Source: Psilocybe cubensis (lineage: Eukaryota). From it: a stretch of 64,000 nucleotides of DNA. The notes beneath the pieces were generated by a model. That model ran no database searches. It was not told where the DNA came from and worked only from the letters and a program-made list of their open reading frames with translations. How positions within the stretch are numbered: the first letter of the stretch is position 1; every line of letters begins with the position of its first letter. Where the stretch lies: the NCBI GenBank assembly GCA_017499595.2, contig CM038998.1:2046001-2110000 (forward strand), given 5' to 3'. Below, piece by piece: positions 24,510-38,259 of this stretch. Both the position numbers and the translations under genes were made by a program.

Positions 24510-27015
24510 ATGGCAAGCTACAACTCTCTGAATGCCCCTCAGCACCAGGGCACGCCTTACGGATCTGGCGATCCTTACTACAATGAGTCCTCTGGTTTCA
24601 TCACTCCTCACCCTGCCCCCAAAAGGCGCACAAGCAACTGGATCAAGTTCGGTATCCCTGTCCTTTTAATTGTCATCATTGGCGCTGTGGTAGGTGGTGT
24701 TGTTGGCTCCCGCAAGAGCAAAGACAACACCAGCAGTGCAGGCAGCAACAAGGCCAACTCTGGAGATCCGGCAGCTGCAGCTAGCTCTGCAGTCAGCGCC
24801 AAGCTCGCAATTGGCAGATTCGCTACGGCTACTAACTCTGAATTTATGGTCCCAGTCTACCCTGCAACGGTGAGCATATATGTCGTCTGTATAATCTACG
24901 TTGCATGACAGTGTTTCCATTTAGACAAACACCGCTGCTTTCACTACGCCGACCTTTATTCCCTCTAGCAACGCAAAAATCGCCTGGCCGGCCGATCCTT
25001 TCAAACCAACGAACCCCAACGTTCTTAGTGTTCGACCCGACCGCCCTCGCCTCATTGCTCCTCAGTACAAGTGGCAGGCCCTTCCTAATTTAATCCAAAA
25101 CGATCCATACCTACAGGGATGGAACGCGACTATTTTTGGCAATGCTACTGCATACTACAGCCTACCCCCGGTCCAGTACTTTATGGACAATTCCAGCGGT
25201 ATTCTTGACAATGCCCGCGAGGTAAAGATGAGAGTCAAAGCCTTCGCCTATGCCTACCGCATGAGCAACGACACCAAGTGGGTAGATCGTGCTTGGGTTG
25301 AAATTGCGGTATGTCTCATCTGGTCTCTTATTCATCATTGATGTGAGCTAACATGAATGAAGAACGCTGCTGGTAATGGTACAACCGTCTTTGGGCCTGA
25401 AGTAGACAGGTGGAACAATGGCCACTTTTTGGATTCCGCCGAGTTTGCTGCTGCATATGCAATTGCGTATGATTGGCTCTACGATATGTGGTCGGATACT
25501 CAAAAGAGTCAGATGAGGTCCACGGTCATTAAGTACGCTCTGCAACCTGGTGCTCAAGTGTTCAATGGTGGAACCTCCTTTGGCTGGTGGTCAGAAAATA
25601 CCACTGGAAATTGGAATTGCGTCTGCAATGGAGGTTTGACTCTGGCCGCCCTTGCAATCCTTGGTGATGACACGACCGGAGTTGCGCAAACTCTTCTCGG
25701 ATCTACTGTCAACAATGCGAAGCAAAACTGTGCCCAAGCTGTCGCTGATGATGGTACATGGGCTGAAACCACAAACTACTGGTATTTCGGCACTACTGGG
25801 CACGCCGAGATGTCGTCCGCGTTGATTACGGCGACTGGATCGGATTACGGACTTTTGGATAGCAATACCAACTTCTTCAAGACCGGGCTATTCCATATGT
25901 ACGCGTACGGACCCACCTCACTCTTCAACTACGGTGACCATGGCCCGAACAAATACTCTACTACGGCCAACTCGATGTTCTTGTATGCTCAGCATTTTAC
26001 GCAACCTGCATTCTCTCTATTCCAACGCGAGCAGGCGGACGCCGCTGAACCATGGAGTATGTTCTGGTACGACCCCACAGTTTCGGGAGCGTTCTGGGAT
26101 GGACAGCCCCTCGATCATTTCTTTGATAATCAACTTGATCAATGGGCATCGATGAGGAGCAGTTGGACAGATCAAACTGCATTGTTTGTCGCCATCAAAG
26201 CTGGACAAAATTCAAACCACCAAACCCACAATGACCTTGACGCAGGCGACTTTGTGCTTGATGCACTTGGCACGCGCTGGGCAGGAGAATTGGGTTCGGC
26301 AGACTACAACGCTCCGGGCTACTTCAACAGCCCTGCTCAAGACTCTGATCGCTGGAAGTACTACAGAAAGATGACTGAGGGACAAAACACTATTCTGATC
26401 AACCGGGCCAATCAAAATGTGAACAATGCGCCGTCAATCAAACACGACACCTCGGGCACGACGCAGGGATCGAGTACGGTATTTAATGTTCCGTCTGACT
26501 CGACGGCGTTCTGGACATCTGACCTTACTTCGTCATACAACGATGCGTAAGTACGCATGTAAGCGCTATGTCCGCACGTCACTGACATATTGTACAGGAC
26601 AAGTGTAAAACGCGGCATTCGGCTGCTCAATGGACGCAAGCAGGTTCTCCTGCAAGACGAGGTGACGGCATCACAGGGAGTACAGTGGCGGATGCACACG
26701 AACGCGACGGTGGTTGTGGATGGGACGACAGCTACGCTGACGATAGACGACAAGAAGATGGTTGTGTCGATACTGAATGCACCGGACGGGGCAGGATTCA
26801 GTACGTCGGATGCAGTGCGATTCGACACAGATCCTACACCGCCCATCCCCGACCAGCCGAACCCTGGGGTGACGGTGCTCATCATCGACCTACCAGCGGG
26901 GACATACTCGTTGCAGGTGCTGTTCAACCCACAGTGGCCAGGGATGGCGGCAAGCGAGTTTGTTACACCGCGGTCTGTGGCACTAGATGCATGGTCGTTG
27001 ACGAGCCACAACTGA
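24510..27015 (+). CDS. Type II membrane-anchored heparinase II/III-like (chondroitin AC/alginate lyase fold) polysaccharide lyase, 4 exons
   Basis: N-terminal TM FGIPVLLIVIIGAVVGGVVG, RPRLI, WNNGHFLDSAEFAAAYAIAYDWLY, NWNCVCNGGL, WAETTNYWYFG, FNYGD, HNDLDAGDFVLDALGTRWAGELG, EGQNTILIN. Confidence 0.8.
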
Positions 27016-27232
27016 TAGGATAGGCTACATATATATATACATGGATAGTAATAGTTGACACGGACATTTCTCTTGATTTGATATATGGACTCTGTGGAAT
27101 GACATTTGTATGATGCTTGCTGTCTGTGTGGTCTTGTTTGGCACGGTTACTATGGATAATGTTAATGAATGTTTACCAAGATTTCCGTCTCTAGTCTGTC
27201 CCTACTCTCGCGACTCCTTGACGGTGTCTAGC

Positions 27233-28270
27233 ATGTTTTCACGCTCCCTCCTTCCTCTCTGCGTTTATCTCGCCCTCGTCGTCGTCGTCGTCGACGCCCA
27301 TGACCCCCTCCTCGTCTCCCATAAGCGCCTCGTCAGGAAGCGTTCGCCCCTTCCCGACATCGCTGCTATTCTCCCTCTCCCCCCCGTCGCTGCTGCTGGT
27401 TCCATCCCCACCGCATCTTCCTCAGCCTCTGTGAGCGCCTCCGCCACCTCAGCTTCCTCTACGAGCTCTTCTGTCTCCTCCGTCTCATCGGTGAGTTCAT
27501 CTTTTTCTCCATGCTTGTCGTTCTAATCTTCCTCCCAGGCGAGCTCCACCTCCTCGGGCGCGTCCAGTGTCTCCTCTGCATCGTCTACAGACTCTGTGTC
27601 CGCATCGTCTACTGGATCTCTCTCAGTGTCCAGTGCTTCCCAGACTTCATCGTCGTCTACTTCCTCATCTGTAACCGCCGCTCCTGCTCAGACTTCAGAT
27701 ACCCTCAATCTGACCGGAGAGCCGTTTGTAAGCACTGTGGGTGGAAACACCGTCACAAAGACCCATTCCGTCGATGCTGCCAGTGCCTCTGAATCTCCCG
27801 CACCGTCTCCTTTGTCCGGTGTCGCAAAGACGAAAAGTACAACCCTTACCGTTCTCATCGCCGTTGCTGCCTCTGTCGGCGGGATTGCCATCCTCTGGAC
27901 CATCTTCCGCAAATGGAAGCTCTCCAGTTCCAAAAAGTTCGATCAGCGCCTCAATCCTATCGACTGGCAGCCCACCACTGGAGACGACGACATCATCTCC
28001 AGACATCGCCGCTCCCCCTCGGGTGCGTCCTCTCTTCGTTCAGGAAGCGGTCACGGTCACAACAACTCGGCTGGTCGCGGCGCTGCCGGTTTCGCCCCTC
28101 TGGAACACGACTTTACCGCTGGACCTGCGACCACTGCTCCAGTCGGCGGCTACGCAGACCTTTCGCGCGGAGGAAGCCCTAACATGTCGGAAAATATCTC
28201 CCGGGGACCTAGCTTCAACCGCGGTTATAACCACGCAGGGTACGGAACAAACGAGACCTATAGGTATTAA
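27233..28270 (+). CDS. Single-pass Ser/Thr-rich cell-surface protein (Mid2/Wsc-like architecture), 2 exons
   Basis: Signal peptide MFSRSLLPLCVYLALVVVVVDA, a Kex2-like KR site, a long Ser-rich tract, TM LTVLIAVAASVGGIAILWTIF followed by RKWK, and a cytoplasmic tail. Confidence 0.7.
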
Positions 28271-28717
28271 AATGTTGCTTCTGCTTGCACGCCATAATTT
28301 CTCCCGCCATACCATATCGTACCACGGTTCTGGATGCAATGTCATTTTTATTTCATCCTGACCGGCACTCATTACCTATTCCGTTCCTTTATATTTTCTT
28401 GCACATTGCGTTGCTGGTCTCTTCGCAATTTTTTTTTTTGGTTGAATACCTTCAAAATATATAAAGTACCGCCCTTTTCCCCTTTGCTTTGACTGATCAA
28501 GTCCATAATCTCTTTCTATTCCATATACCCTGGACTGTGTTTGCATTTTTTAAAGCTTACGACTCATGCCTCATGTATCATCGTTATGCACTGTTTGCCT
28601 GGGTCGTAGATAGAAGAACATCGCACCTACATCGTGCAAGATGCTCCTTCGTCTGCCGTTTGGCATGGACTATCTGTTTCTCTTTTATCATGTTTGTTTC
28701 TGATGGCTCCATTTATC

Positions 28718-30518
28718 TTAGAAAGCCCAATGGATTAGGCCTGACCATTTCAAGGTGTACGCTATACTAACCACTACGACTGCACTACATGTTATATACA
28801 ACCATCCCTGACTCGGTTTTTGGTCATTGCCAATGCGTGTTGTTCCTTGAAATGGCATAGGCTCATCTTCTTGTATTCGTGTGGTTTCCAATAGGCCCTC
28901 GAGACCCGTTGGGTTCTCAGGGGCAAAAAACCGCTGTGGACGTAACCAATCATTGTTGCTCTTCTCCGACGAAGTAATCCGCCCAACGGTCTCTGGATGT
29001 GTAGGCGTCCAGTCCATGTCATCCTCATTCAGAGTCTTTTCTCGGCGTGCAGGCGTCTGAGGCATGCTCAAAGGACCTTGCAACGAAGGCATCCCAAAGA
29101 TTGGCTTTGAAGGGGGCAAGACAGGTTTCGACGACAGGGACAAAGTCTGCAAGGTGTCGAGCTCTATTGACGATTGAAATTTGGAGTTGGTCGGAGTTGT
29201 TCCGCGAGAACCTGGGTTAGGTGTGGCTGACCGCGACGTATCATATGTGTGGGCATGTGTATCAATGAGACGTATTGATGGGGGCTGTTGTATCCGTAGT
29301 AAGTAATACGAGAGTGCAACTGTCTGTTCGAGAGAAGTTAGCGGTGAGGTTATTGCACTAGACTGTGGAAACATACGCTTAATTCCAGAGTGAAAGTCAA
29401 AGTAAAATAAATTTGAGAAGAATATGCTTCTAGATGTAGTATCGATAGATCTGGCCGGAACCATCGCACAGAGAGCAAAATGGACGAACAGAGACGTATA
29501 CACCATACAAATACTTGAAGCGCCTACAATTACGTTAGTTCGGCCTGACCAAGAACGTGTAATGCCCATACAATATATTCTCGCTTCCCATGAACTCGAA
29601 CGTCGCGTCCTTGTGTCTGTGACTTGCGGAGGGTTGCATATGTAGGGTCCCAAGCCGTCCAGAGAATAGATATACATGCAACTAAGGGTAGAATGGGCTG
29701 CAAGAACGAGAATAGTTTGAATGGATAATAGCGGTATATTGCTTCAAAGAATGTGAGTCAAACCATGCACAAAATGAACGAAATACGAACCACAGAGTGT
29801 GCTTATTAGTGATATACATAGCGTAGTTGCCCAAAGGTATCCGCGGACCCTCCACCAAAATAGCTCGTCGGAAATCTTCTTCTCTTGTAGAGGCTCTGGT
29901 CCGGAAACCCGTCGTTTTCTATCTTTGCCTTTGCTCAGCCATCCTGCAAGGGCTTTCGCGCGTGCCATTTGCTCTTTTTTGTGTATTTCTTCTTCCACCT
30001 GCGGTAGACACGCATCGCAGACGGGAGGGTAACGCGCGTGAAGGGATTCGCGGTAAGCAGGCAGCATTTCCAAACGAGATTGGTATTCTGTACTCTAAGC
30101 AAACAGTCAGCAGTCAAAAGTATGAATTTTATGGTGTGATCCACACCTCTTCATCGGGTAGATAATTGGAGAGCAGATTTATCAAGAGCATCTGGTTCGT
30201 TTGACACGAATGGCAGAATGGACCAGGCCCATAGTTGGTTGGTAGACGGTCCTTGCTAGGCGAAGCTGGTAGCACTTGAATTGGATACACGTTGAGTGTT
30301 ATATGAATAGAGTACATACCACGTTTCGCAAATGATCTGGAATTGAGACGCTCATTGTGCATAGCAGGTTCATCGGACATTATTTCGCCTCTGGCATCGT
30401 ATCTGTTCCACAGACCACATGACGGGCATTTGAAGTTATGAGTATTGGCGGGGAAGGGGACTGTCGACTGGCAGAAGAAGCATTGGATATTGCTGTTACG
30501 CCTGAATAAGGCGGGCAT
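28718..30518 (-). CDS. IMA1: Ima1/Samp1-family inner nuclear membrane protein, multi-exon
   Basis: Zn-finger N-terminus CFFC...CPSC...FCHSCQTNQ...YPPVCDAC, several TM segments, and C-terminal MDWTPT and LRPQRFFAPENPTGLEGLL. Confidence 0.85.
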
Positions 30519-30650
30519 CAAGTAGGTAGGGAGAGAAGATCGGTCGGGCACTTGAACTGATTATTGAACGCCGAAATGAACCTTGTTATGTTCAAGTCCG
30601 CGTGACAAACAAATCATATCATCATCAGGGCCACTCGCCTCCCACACACC

Positions 30651-31698
30651 ATGTCCATCGCTCCTGCCCCATCCACCAGCCGCGGGGATGTTGTTCTCCA
30701 ACCAAATTATTTTACTTCCTCTGTCTATGTGAAAGCTCTGCGAGACGATATCTCCACCTTGATATTCCGTTTTCATGAGGTGTTTTCGTTGCCTGGCTGC
30801 ACAAAGCCTTTTGCACTCTTCAAAAATGTCTGGCTAAACCTTGGATGGAACTGGCTCCAATTCAAGGTCTTCGACAGCAGGTCTCGCCACACATTTCTGG
30901 ATGTTACCTTGAGAGTATTCTTGGGTGAGTGCCGCTCTTACGGACCGGCCACTCGGTTGCTAACCGATTCTGCAGAACGAACGGTGAGGACCGAGGCCCC
31001 GTTCACCAGGGTTGTTGCACTGTTTGGCATGTATGTATTCTACTATTCACAGCTCAAGGACGTTGTTCCTCCACTGTATAGCATCACGAATATATCCATT
31101 CCTTGCGGCACGTATTGTTACTTTGTCTCAAAATTTTGCTGAAGGTGTCCGTCGTTCAGATCACTATGTCTCTCTGAAAGCGATGCCGGATTCATTGACC
31201 AACGCTCAGACCCTTCCTCTGCAGCCGTATGCCCGTTATGTGCTCTCCTGTCTGGAGAGAGACCATGTATTCTATATCCTCCCCAAGAGCGATCTTGGCG
31301 CGGCAAACCCAAGGGATCTTCCAAGAGAGATCTTTACAGAAGATGGCATGTCATTTCATGACCAAGGACCGCAGAAGAGAAGGGGGCGACCTGCCCGTCG
31401 CGAAAAAGGGAAGAAGGCTAGAGCTGCCTTGGACCAACTAGACAAATGGACAGCTGAAGACGACCATAGGACCTCCGAGTTTGACAATGTCCTGAATGAA
31501 TACACAGCAACCAAAGCCAGTATACTAGACGCCGACCTGCCGACAGGAAGTTTCGAGGACGTTGGTAAGACAGTTGTTGCAAGACTGAAGGAAACGCAGA
31601 AAAACGCAGGGCAAGATGACGGTGGCATGATACCACAACTTGAGGGACGACTTGACGGGCATCCCAAGGGGATATTCGGCTTGGTCAATCAAGACTAG
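30651..31698 (+). CDS. SNAPc subunit SNAP43/SNAPC1-like protein, 3 exons
   Basis: ALRDDISTLIFRF...FALFKNVWLNLGWNWL...RVVALFGMYVFYYSQ resembles the SNAP43 N-terminal domain (recognised from memory). Confidence 0.6.
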
Positions 31699-32024
31699 TT
31701 GCCTTGGCGCCATGTTCAGATCTTGATTGTTGACTGATCGCGAAACAAGCCTCTCAAGCATATCTTTGTATAATCGCGTAACATGGACCCATAACTTGAT
31801 ATTTTGGTCGGACGATAGAGGGCACGCTGAGCATGGTATATGTAGACAGGGCAGACATGTACATGTAATGATAGCAAACGCGTTCTGGCTGATGTAAGCG
31901 GGAGTGAGAAAGTTTGCTCTCCACCGCAGGTCGAAGGTCGTCATCCTTACAACTACATAAACACACCTCAAAAGTGCTGCGCACGTTAAATCTTCATTCC
32001 TTCAACCATTCTTCTTCTTTACAC

Positions 32025-34589
32025 ATGTCTTTCTTTGCTCCAAGCTCGCATCGTCAATTTCAGCCGAGCTCTTCCCCGTCTTCAACCCACCTGCTGCATC
32101 AGCACAGGGAGTCCAGAGCAACATCGAGCCACACCTCCTTGGTACCCGTCTTTGTTTTATACGACTGGCAGGAATGAGCTTTAGTTGACTTTTCATAGGC
32201 CCCGTACGATTTTGAGAGTGGTCGAAGTCACTCTGCCGCTCCCTCGATATCTGACAAGGTCTTTACGTCACTGGGCTATTTCTATTCGCCGACTGATTGG
32301 TTTCTAATAGTTCTCGCTTTCTCCAGACCCTACCGCCTGGGGATCCAACCTTTCACCAGAATTTCCTGAGCCTGATGATTATCTCCACAATCCTGACCCT
32401 CGGCGAGACCGGAAACTAGACAAAAGCAGAAATGTGTTCACCTATCGAGGCGTCACGAATTTGGGGTTCCTTATTTTGCTCTGCCTCGGACTTCTAATGC
32501 TCTTGTAAATCTCGCGTTTTCCTGATTTGACGACGTATTAATTTTCTTTAGTGCTGGATACCCACTGTACTCTCATTTCGAGAGTAAAGAGCAATCCACA
32601 TTAGGCGGCTTTAACCTGGGCGGGATTAACGCATCCGGCCAAGTAATTTTCACTACCAAGAACATTTGATTGAATAATTTAATTGATTTCTGATCTGTAT
32701 TAGGTACCAGCTATGGCTGGAAATTGGGGGTTAATCGATAGAGACACACCGGCGTCTGTTTACACCAAATCTTCAGTCCATGATTCCAGGATAGAAATGC
32801 AGCTTGTTTTTAGCGATGAATTCAATGTTCCCGGTCGAACATTTTATCCCGGTGAAGATCCATACTGGGAAGCGGTAGATCTACATTACTGGGCAGTTAG
32901 TGCTGCATTCTTTTGTCCTAAATGTAAGCCTCTTTGTTAACTGTTCTCATCGCTTCTTCACAGACAAATAACATTGAATGGTATGACCCTGCTGCTATCA
33001 CGACGTCCGATGGAGCACTGGAGATCACGCTATCAAAGAAGGAAACACACGGCGTTAACTATCAGGGTGGTATGATGTCGACATGGAACAAATTCTGCTT
33101 TACTGGTGGCTTGGTAGAGACTGCAGTAACACTGCCTGGTAGCACTAACGTGGTTGGCTTATGGCCCGCTATTTGGACCATGGGAAATCTAGGTAGGAAA
33201 TATTGTGAACTATGGAGTGGCCGTTAAACATTATTCAGGTCGAGCTGGCTATGGTGCAAGCCTCGATGGCATGGTCAGGAAACCTTCCGCATTTGACGGA
33301 TACAACGACTAATATATAATCTTGGTAGTGGCCATATACTTATGATGCGTGCGATGTAGGCACAGTTGCAAATCAAACACGGAATGGTCTTCCCATTGCG
33401 GCCACAATAAACGGCGACGGACAAGCCAATGGCGCTCTCTCTTACCTGCCAGGTCAAAGACTCTCAAGATGCACCTGCCCTGGAGAGTCGCACCCTGGAC
33501 CGATGCATCCTGATGGTACATTTGTTGGGCGTGCCGCCCCCGAGATTGATGTTTTTGAAGCACAGGTATAATGTTCTCTCTTCAACTCCTAAAGTGGTTA
33601 AAATTAGTTTTCATCAGGTCAGCGGAGAACCGCTTATCGGGGAAGTTTCCCAATCGTCTCAGTGGGCGGTATGTCTATTTTAGGTTATTGCGCCACAAAC
33701 GACTTATGCGATCATGTATGGGAATCTTTTGTTAGCCGTTCAATGACCGCTATCACTTTTTAAACAACTCCAATACGGTGACCATTAATAACCCCGACAT
33801 AACATTTCTCAATCCGTATGTAGGAGGAGCTTTTCAACAATCAACATCTGGGGTTACCAAGACGGGTTTGTAACGCTGAATTTCAACAAATTATCAAATT
33901 CAAATAATGTTACTTCTAGATCAAAATTGTTATGAAATGGGAACCAAGTGTTTTTCAGTATATGGATTCGAGTACATACCCGGTATGTGCGATGTTAAGT
34001 CAATTTCTACTACTGCTCGAGACTGACATTTTACTTGAAGGATTTGATGATGCGGTATGTATCTTCCTTACCTACGTGCTAATGGGACTTGACTTCAAGT
34101 ATTACATAGTATATCACATGGATTTCAAATGGTATACCTGCATGGACACTCAAAGCCTCTGGAATGGTTGCAGATACCGCCGTTGAGATATCTGCTCGTC
34201 CCATACCTCAAGAACCGCTGGCAAGTGATATTTTTTTTTGCCCCTGAAAGAGAGTCAACTCTGAATATGCACTAGTATTTAATCATAAATCTTGGGATGT
34301 CTAAAAACTTCGGTGACGTAGACTTTGACCATCTCGTTTTTCCTGCAAAAATGCGCGTGGATTGGATTCGTGTATACCAGCCTAAAGACAAGATAAACGT
34401 CGGATGCGATCCAAAGGATTTTCCAACAGCTGCATATATCAATGAGTACGTCGACTGTTTTCATTCACACATTCCAAGTCTGATTGTCCCGTTAGGTATA
34501 TTGAAGCATATACAAATCCCAACTTGACGACCTGGGTGGATGATTACAAGCAGACAGTGCCTAAAAACTCTTTTCTGGGGCAGTGTTAA
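32025..34589 (+). CDS. KRE6: GH16 Kre6/Skn1 beta-glucan synthesis-associated protein, many exons
   Basis: [88 protein letters not shown]. Confidence 0.92.
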
Positions 34590-34860
34590 CGTCACTGGGT
34601 GATATTGCCATTCCAAACTGTAATAGTCATGTATATTTTGCAAACAAATGGGACAATAGACCATTTCATAGCCTAACGATGCTTAGTATACCAGCTAGAC
34701 CTTATTCTATGGACACTTACTTGACACCGATCATTTTCTTGTCAACGATACATACCTGCAGAACATTCTATTTAACTATTATATCTAGTTTGGAGTTACG
34801 TGCCCCATCATGTGGAATGTTAATTACAAATGACTCAGAAAGAAGGATGCGTTGAACATG

Positions 34861-37800
34861 TTATATTCCCGACAGAAGAAAAGAGCGCAATTTGACCAAT
34901 GTCCTTTCCAAAGAAATGATACCCCCTGCTGATAAGCGCGGGACGGCAACATCTTGTTCAGCAGGCAAAACTTCCTGGCTTGCTCGACTTTTTTGGATAA
35001 GTCTTTCAGCATCTTTGAGAACTTTGGCTAAACGTTTCTCCTTGAAATAGAAAGTTCGTATTTCTGGCTCCAATCCCCCAGGTGGGATCTCTAGTGCACG
35101 TCGAACAAATGCACGGGATAAAACATAAGCTTTCTCGCTGTAAAGTCGGCTATCGAACATATTTAGAAACGAACTTGGCGGAAATTGAAAGAGCAGACCT
35201 ATTAACTGTTCCCTCTTCTGTTCCCCTCAACTTGTCAAATGCCGGCTCACAAAACCATCTGGAAGACGCATTGTAAGCTATGACCAGTGTCGAAAGTATA
35301 GAAACGTACGGCTCCTTAACGAGAACCAGGCCTTGAATAGAAACAAAGGTTTGCAACAAGGAGGAGCGTGCAGCGCTCCAAATTTCGTCCTTGTCCCCGC
35401 TCCACGTTCCGAGGATCGATAGGCAGACTTTTCCTTCCTCGTACAAGTTACTAATCAAAATTAGAGTTCACCACAACGGTATAAACATATATGAAGTATG
35501 GATAGACTTACGGATTCACTGTGAAAATTATGTCTCAGTCAGATTTGTGATAATATTAGATGCCCTAGATTTCTCACCTCGACCGTTGCCATTAGTCCAA
35601 CTGTGAAAATGTGCTACAGGAGGGCCCTGGGGGAAATTGGAATCCAAGAGCCAATCTATGACGAAGGGGGCGTCTTCGTAGGGTGTATTTTCGGGCCCGA
35701 TAATAAGACACCTAAGTAGATCGGTCCGATCTTCATACGCTCTGACCACAATAGAATCTAGAGAGATAAAAACATAAATGAAGGAGAAAAGTTTATAAAA
35801 AGATTGGTTATATTTGCCTGGAAGGCTGCTGCGCAGAACTCGGTATTCCCGAGAAAGGCGACTAAGAAAGGCGCGTGAAACTTGAGTAGGGGGTGTTGAG
35901 TAGAAATGATGATCAGAGGGTGCGGAAGGCAGAATTTCGAAACGCTTCCATTGAATCCCATCCGAGATATCATCGATGTGATTATCGGCAGTTTGCCCTT
36001 CGGTGGACAAATCAGGGTTCTGAAAAATGGCTTCTGCCACAGGGCCCATATTGTGCGACACATTCGGGCTTATTTCTTCATCGTCTCCTGGCATGCCGTG
36101 TTCAGGCGACCGTAGCTCTTCGTCCACTTGGATGGCGTCATCCTCATCATCTGAAACGCGAGTATCCATTGCATTATCCCATTCAACATCCTCGTTCATC
36201 GCCCACTCTTCTTCGTCAGTGTAAGAATGTTCTCCGTCGGAACCTTCGTCCCAAACGTCGTCTTCCAGTTGTTCGATGCCGTCATAAAGTTTTGTCAATC
36301 GATCCAACGGATATACCTGAATGCTTGAATCAGGATGGGTAACCTGTACAGTACCATCCAAATTTAGCTGGTTTGCAAAATTCAAGACGCGCACCATCAG
36401 CTTTACAATAACTGGCCAGAAACGAACTGATTTCACGTACACCAGTCACTTCGCCGCACCAAAGCAACTTTCCGTCGTGTTTCACCGGCCGTTGCATGGA
36501 TCCATGACCACAAGTGGTTTGTTCCCGTTTAGGAGCGATTTCTAGCCCAATATCGCATAATTCTTGTCTCCATCCCGCATAATCGAACGGGTCTTCTCGA
36601 ACCCAAGCTTCCACTTCGCCGATTCGCGGCACTCTGGGTTTTTGCAGTCCATTTGTTGTACCAGGTGCATGTACAAAGACAAAATCACCGCGACGGACGC
36701 CAAAAACTTCAGTATGTGGATCGTTGCCAGCATGCTCCGAGGTGCCATGTGCGTCCAATTCCAGCAATGGAACCAATTCAACTGCGCCGCTCTCCGGTAA
36801 AAGAACCAGGGCAGTCCTCTCCTTCGCATTGACAGATTGTACAACAGCGGGATGGATGGTCTCCTCGTTTTTCCACAAAACGTAATCTCCGGGCCTGTAG
36901 TATTGTAAGAAAGAGAACGCATGTATGTTGTAGATGGACCTACCAACAATCATATTCGTCGGGGTTGATATATGGTATAAGATCAACTGACTTTACAACT
37001 TCCGTTATTCCATTTTGCCATAGTACGGTAACTTCTGTCAAAGTTTCGGTGACCACACAAGTGGTTACAAGGCGACCTTGGCCAACCTTTGGAGCTGGAC
37101 CGTGCTCTGACACAGGTATGTCCGTGAGATCCTTGGGTTGGACACGATCACCAACACGCATCTCCAGGTCGGAGCGGCCTCGAATTAGAGTCAATTTACC
37201 AATGTCTTCCCCGAACCAAAAGCGTTGAGGCCGCTTTTTAGATGCACTAACAGATGGATCGAGCTATGTACATGTTAGCATGGATCGCAATGGCAGCAGA
37301 GGAACATATCTTTACAGACTGGTTTAGAGCGAGCCATGCAACGACATAAACGCTGTGATACAGAGCTATCACAATATCCTTCCCACCATTATCCTTTTCT
37401 TCCGAGATATTGCTGACAATATTCTGTGTATGAAAGGCAAGATATAAGAAAAAATTAAATCAACAAGATACATATACGACGAACAGTACCGGATTCCCCA
37501 ACAGCAAACCGCGATCCCATTTCAGGTAATTGAAAAATGGCCCCGGAAGGACGTTGGACGAGATACTGACTGAATACCTAAGAGTGGTGATAAACACTAG
37601 ATCTGCAGGAATCTGTCGGATTTCAAACCTCAATGACCTTGATTACTGTCAATAATCTGTAAAATCGAAGTGAGATAGACAGCATACCTGGCCAACCCAA
37701 TCATCGTAAACGACGTAATCCCCAACTTCTGCATTCGTTTTGTCCACCAAATCGGATGTAGTAAATGATCTGCCTATTTTTTGTGCATTTATAGCATGCT

Positions 37801-38259
37801 TGATCTTTCCTTTGACCTTCATCTCGGTGACTACCCCAGCTCGGACGTCATCAAAGGAGCGTTTGCAGTAATCGCCAGGCTGAAGGGTACGATCTACTAG
37901 GCGAAGTTGGGATTCAGGAAGTATCTCCCTCTCTCTGTCATGAGATATGAAAGTGACACCAACTTCGCCGTATGATAAAGGTCGCATCATTGGATCAGCT
38001 ACAGGAGGTGGAGGAAAATCTTCATTATCGTGCCAACACCGCTGTGAGAATATTCACTGAGACCGTAATCATTAATTGACAGGATATAATGCCCACCAAA
38101 ACTATGCCATAGTAGTCGGGATCCGAAATTTTCGCTACGATGTCCTGCTGAAAGAGCTGGCGATCGCGAGCAGTTTGTGAGTATAGTGGCCGCGAAACGC
38201 GACAACACACTCACCTTACTTCCTTTAGCCTGCGGTTTCGTTGATGGCAAGGCGGACAT
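34861..38259 (-). CDS. UBE2O-like large E2/E3-hybrid ubiquitin-conjugating enzyme, multi-exon
   Basis: [29 protein letters not shown] and VTVLWQNG repeats. The C-terminal UBC domain has [28 protein letters not shown]...[18 protein letters not shown]. Confidence 0.88.

Noticed and set aside
26412-27011. 199-aa antisense ORF over the last exons of the lyase
   Set aside because: It mirrors the sense codons in a GC-rich exon and has no recognisable motifs. It is best explained as a shadow ORF.
27741-28361. 206-aa alternative-frame ORF overlapping the Mid2-like gene
   Set aside because: It is a low-complexity Pro/Ser/Leu product expected from C-rich codon usage, with no independent evidence.
27029-28439. 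Short simple repeats: (AT)n near 27029, (GTC)5 near 27278 and a poly-T near 28428
   Set aside because: These are ordinary microsatellites, and the GTC run encodes poly-Val in a signal peptide. They are not an array or mobile element.
29377-29677. Apparent frameshift or pseudogene in IMA1, where the ORF track reads a different frame
   Set aside because: Canonical GT-AG introns restore a continuous frame (WTAWDPTY.../ALQVFVWCIRL.../TVALSYY).
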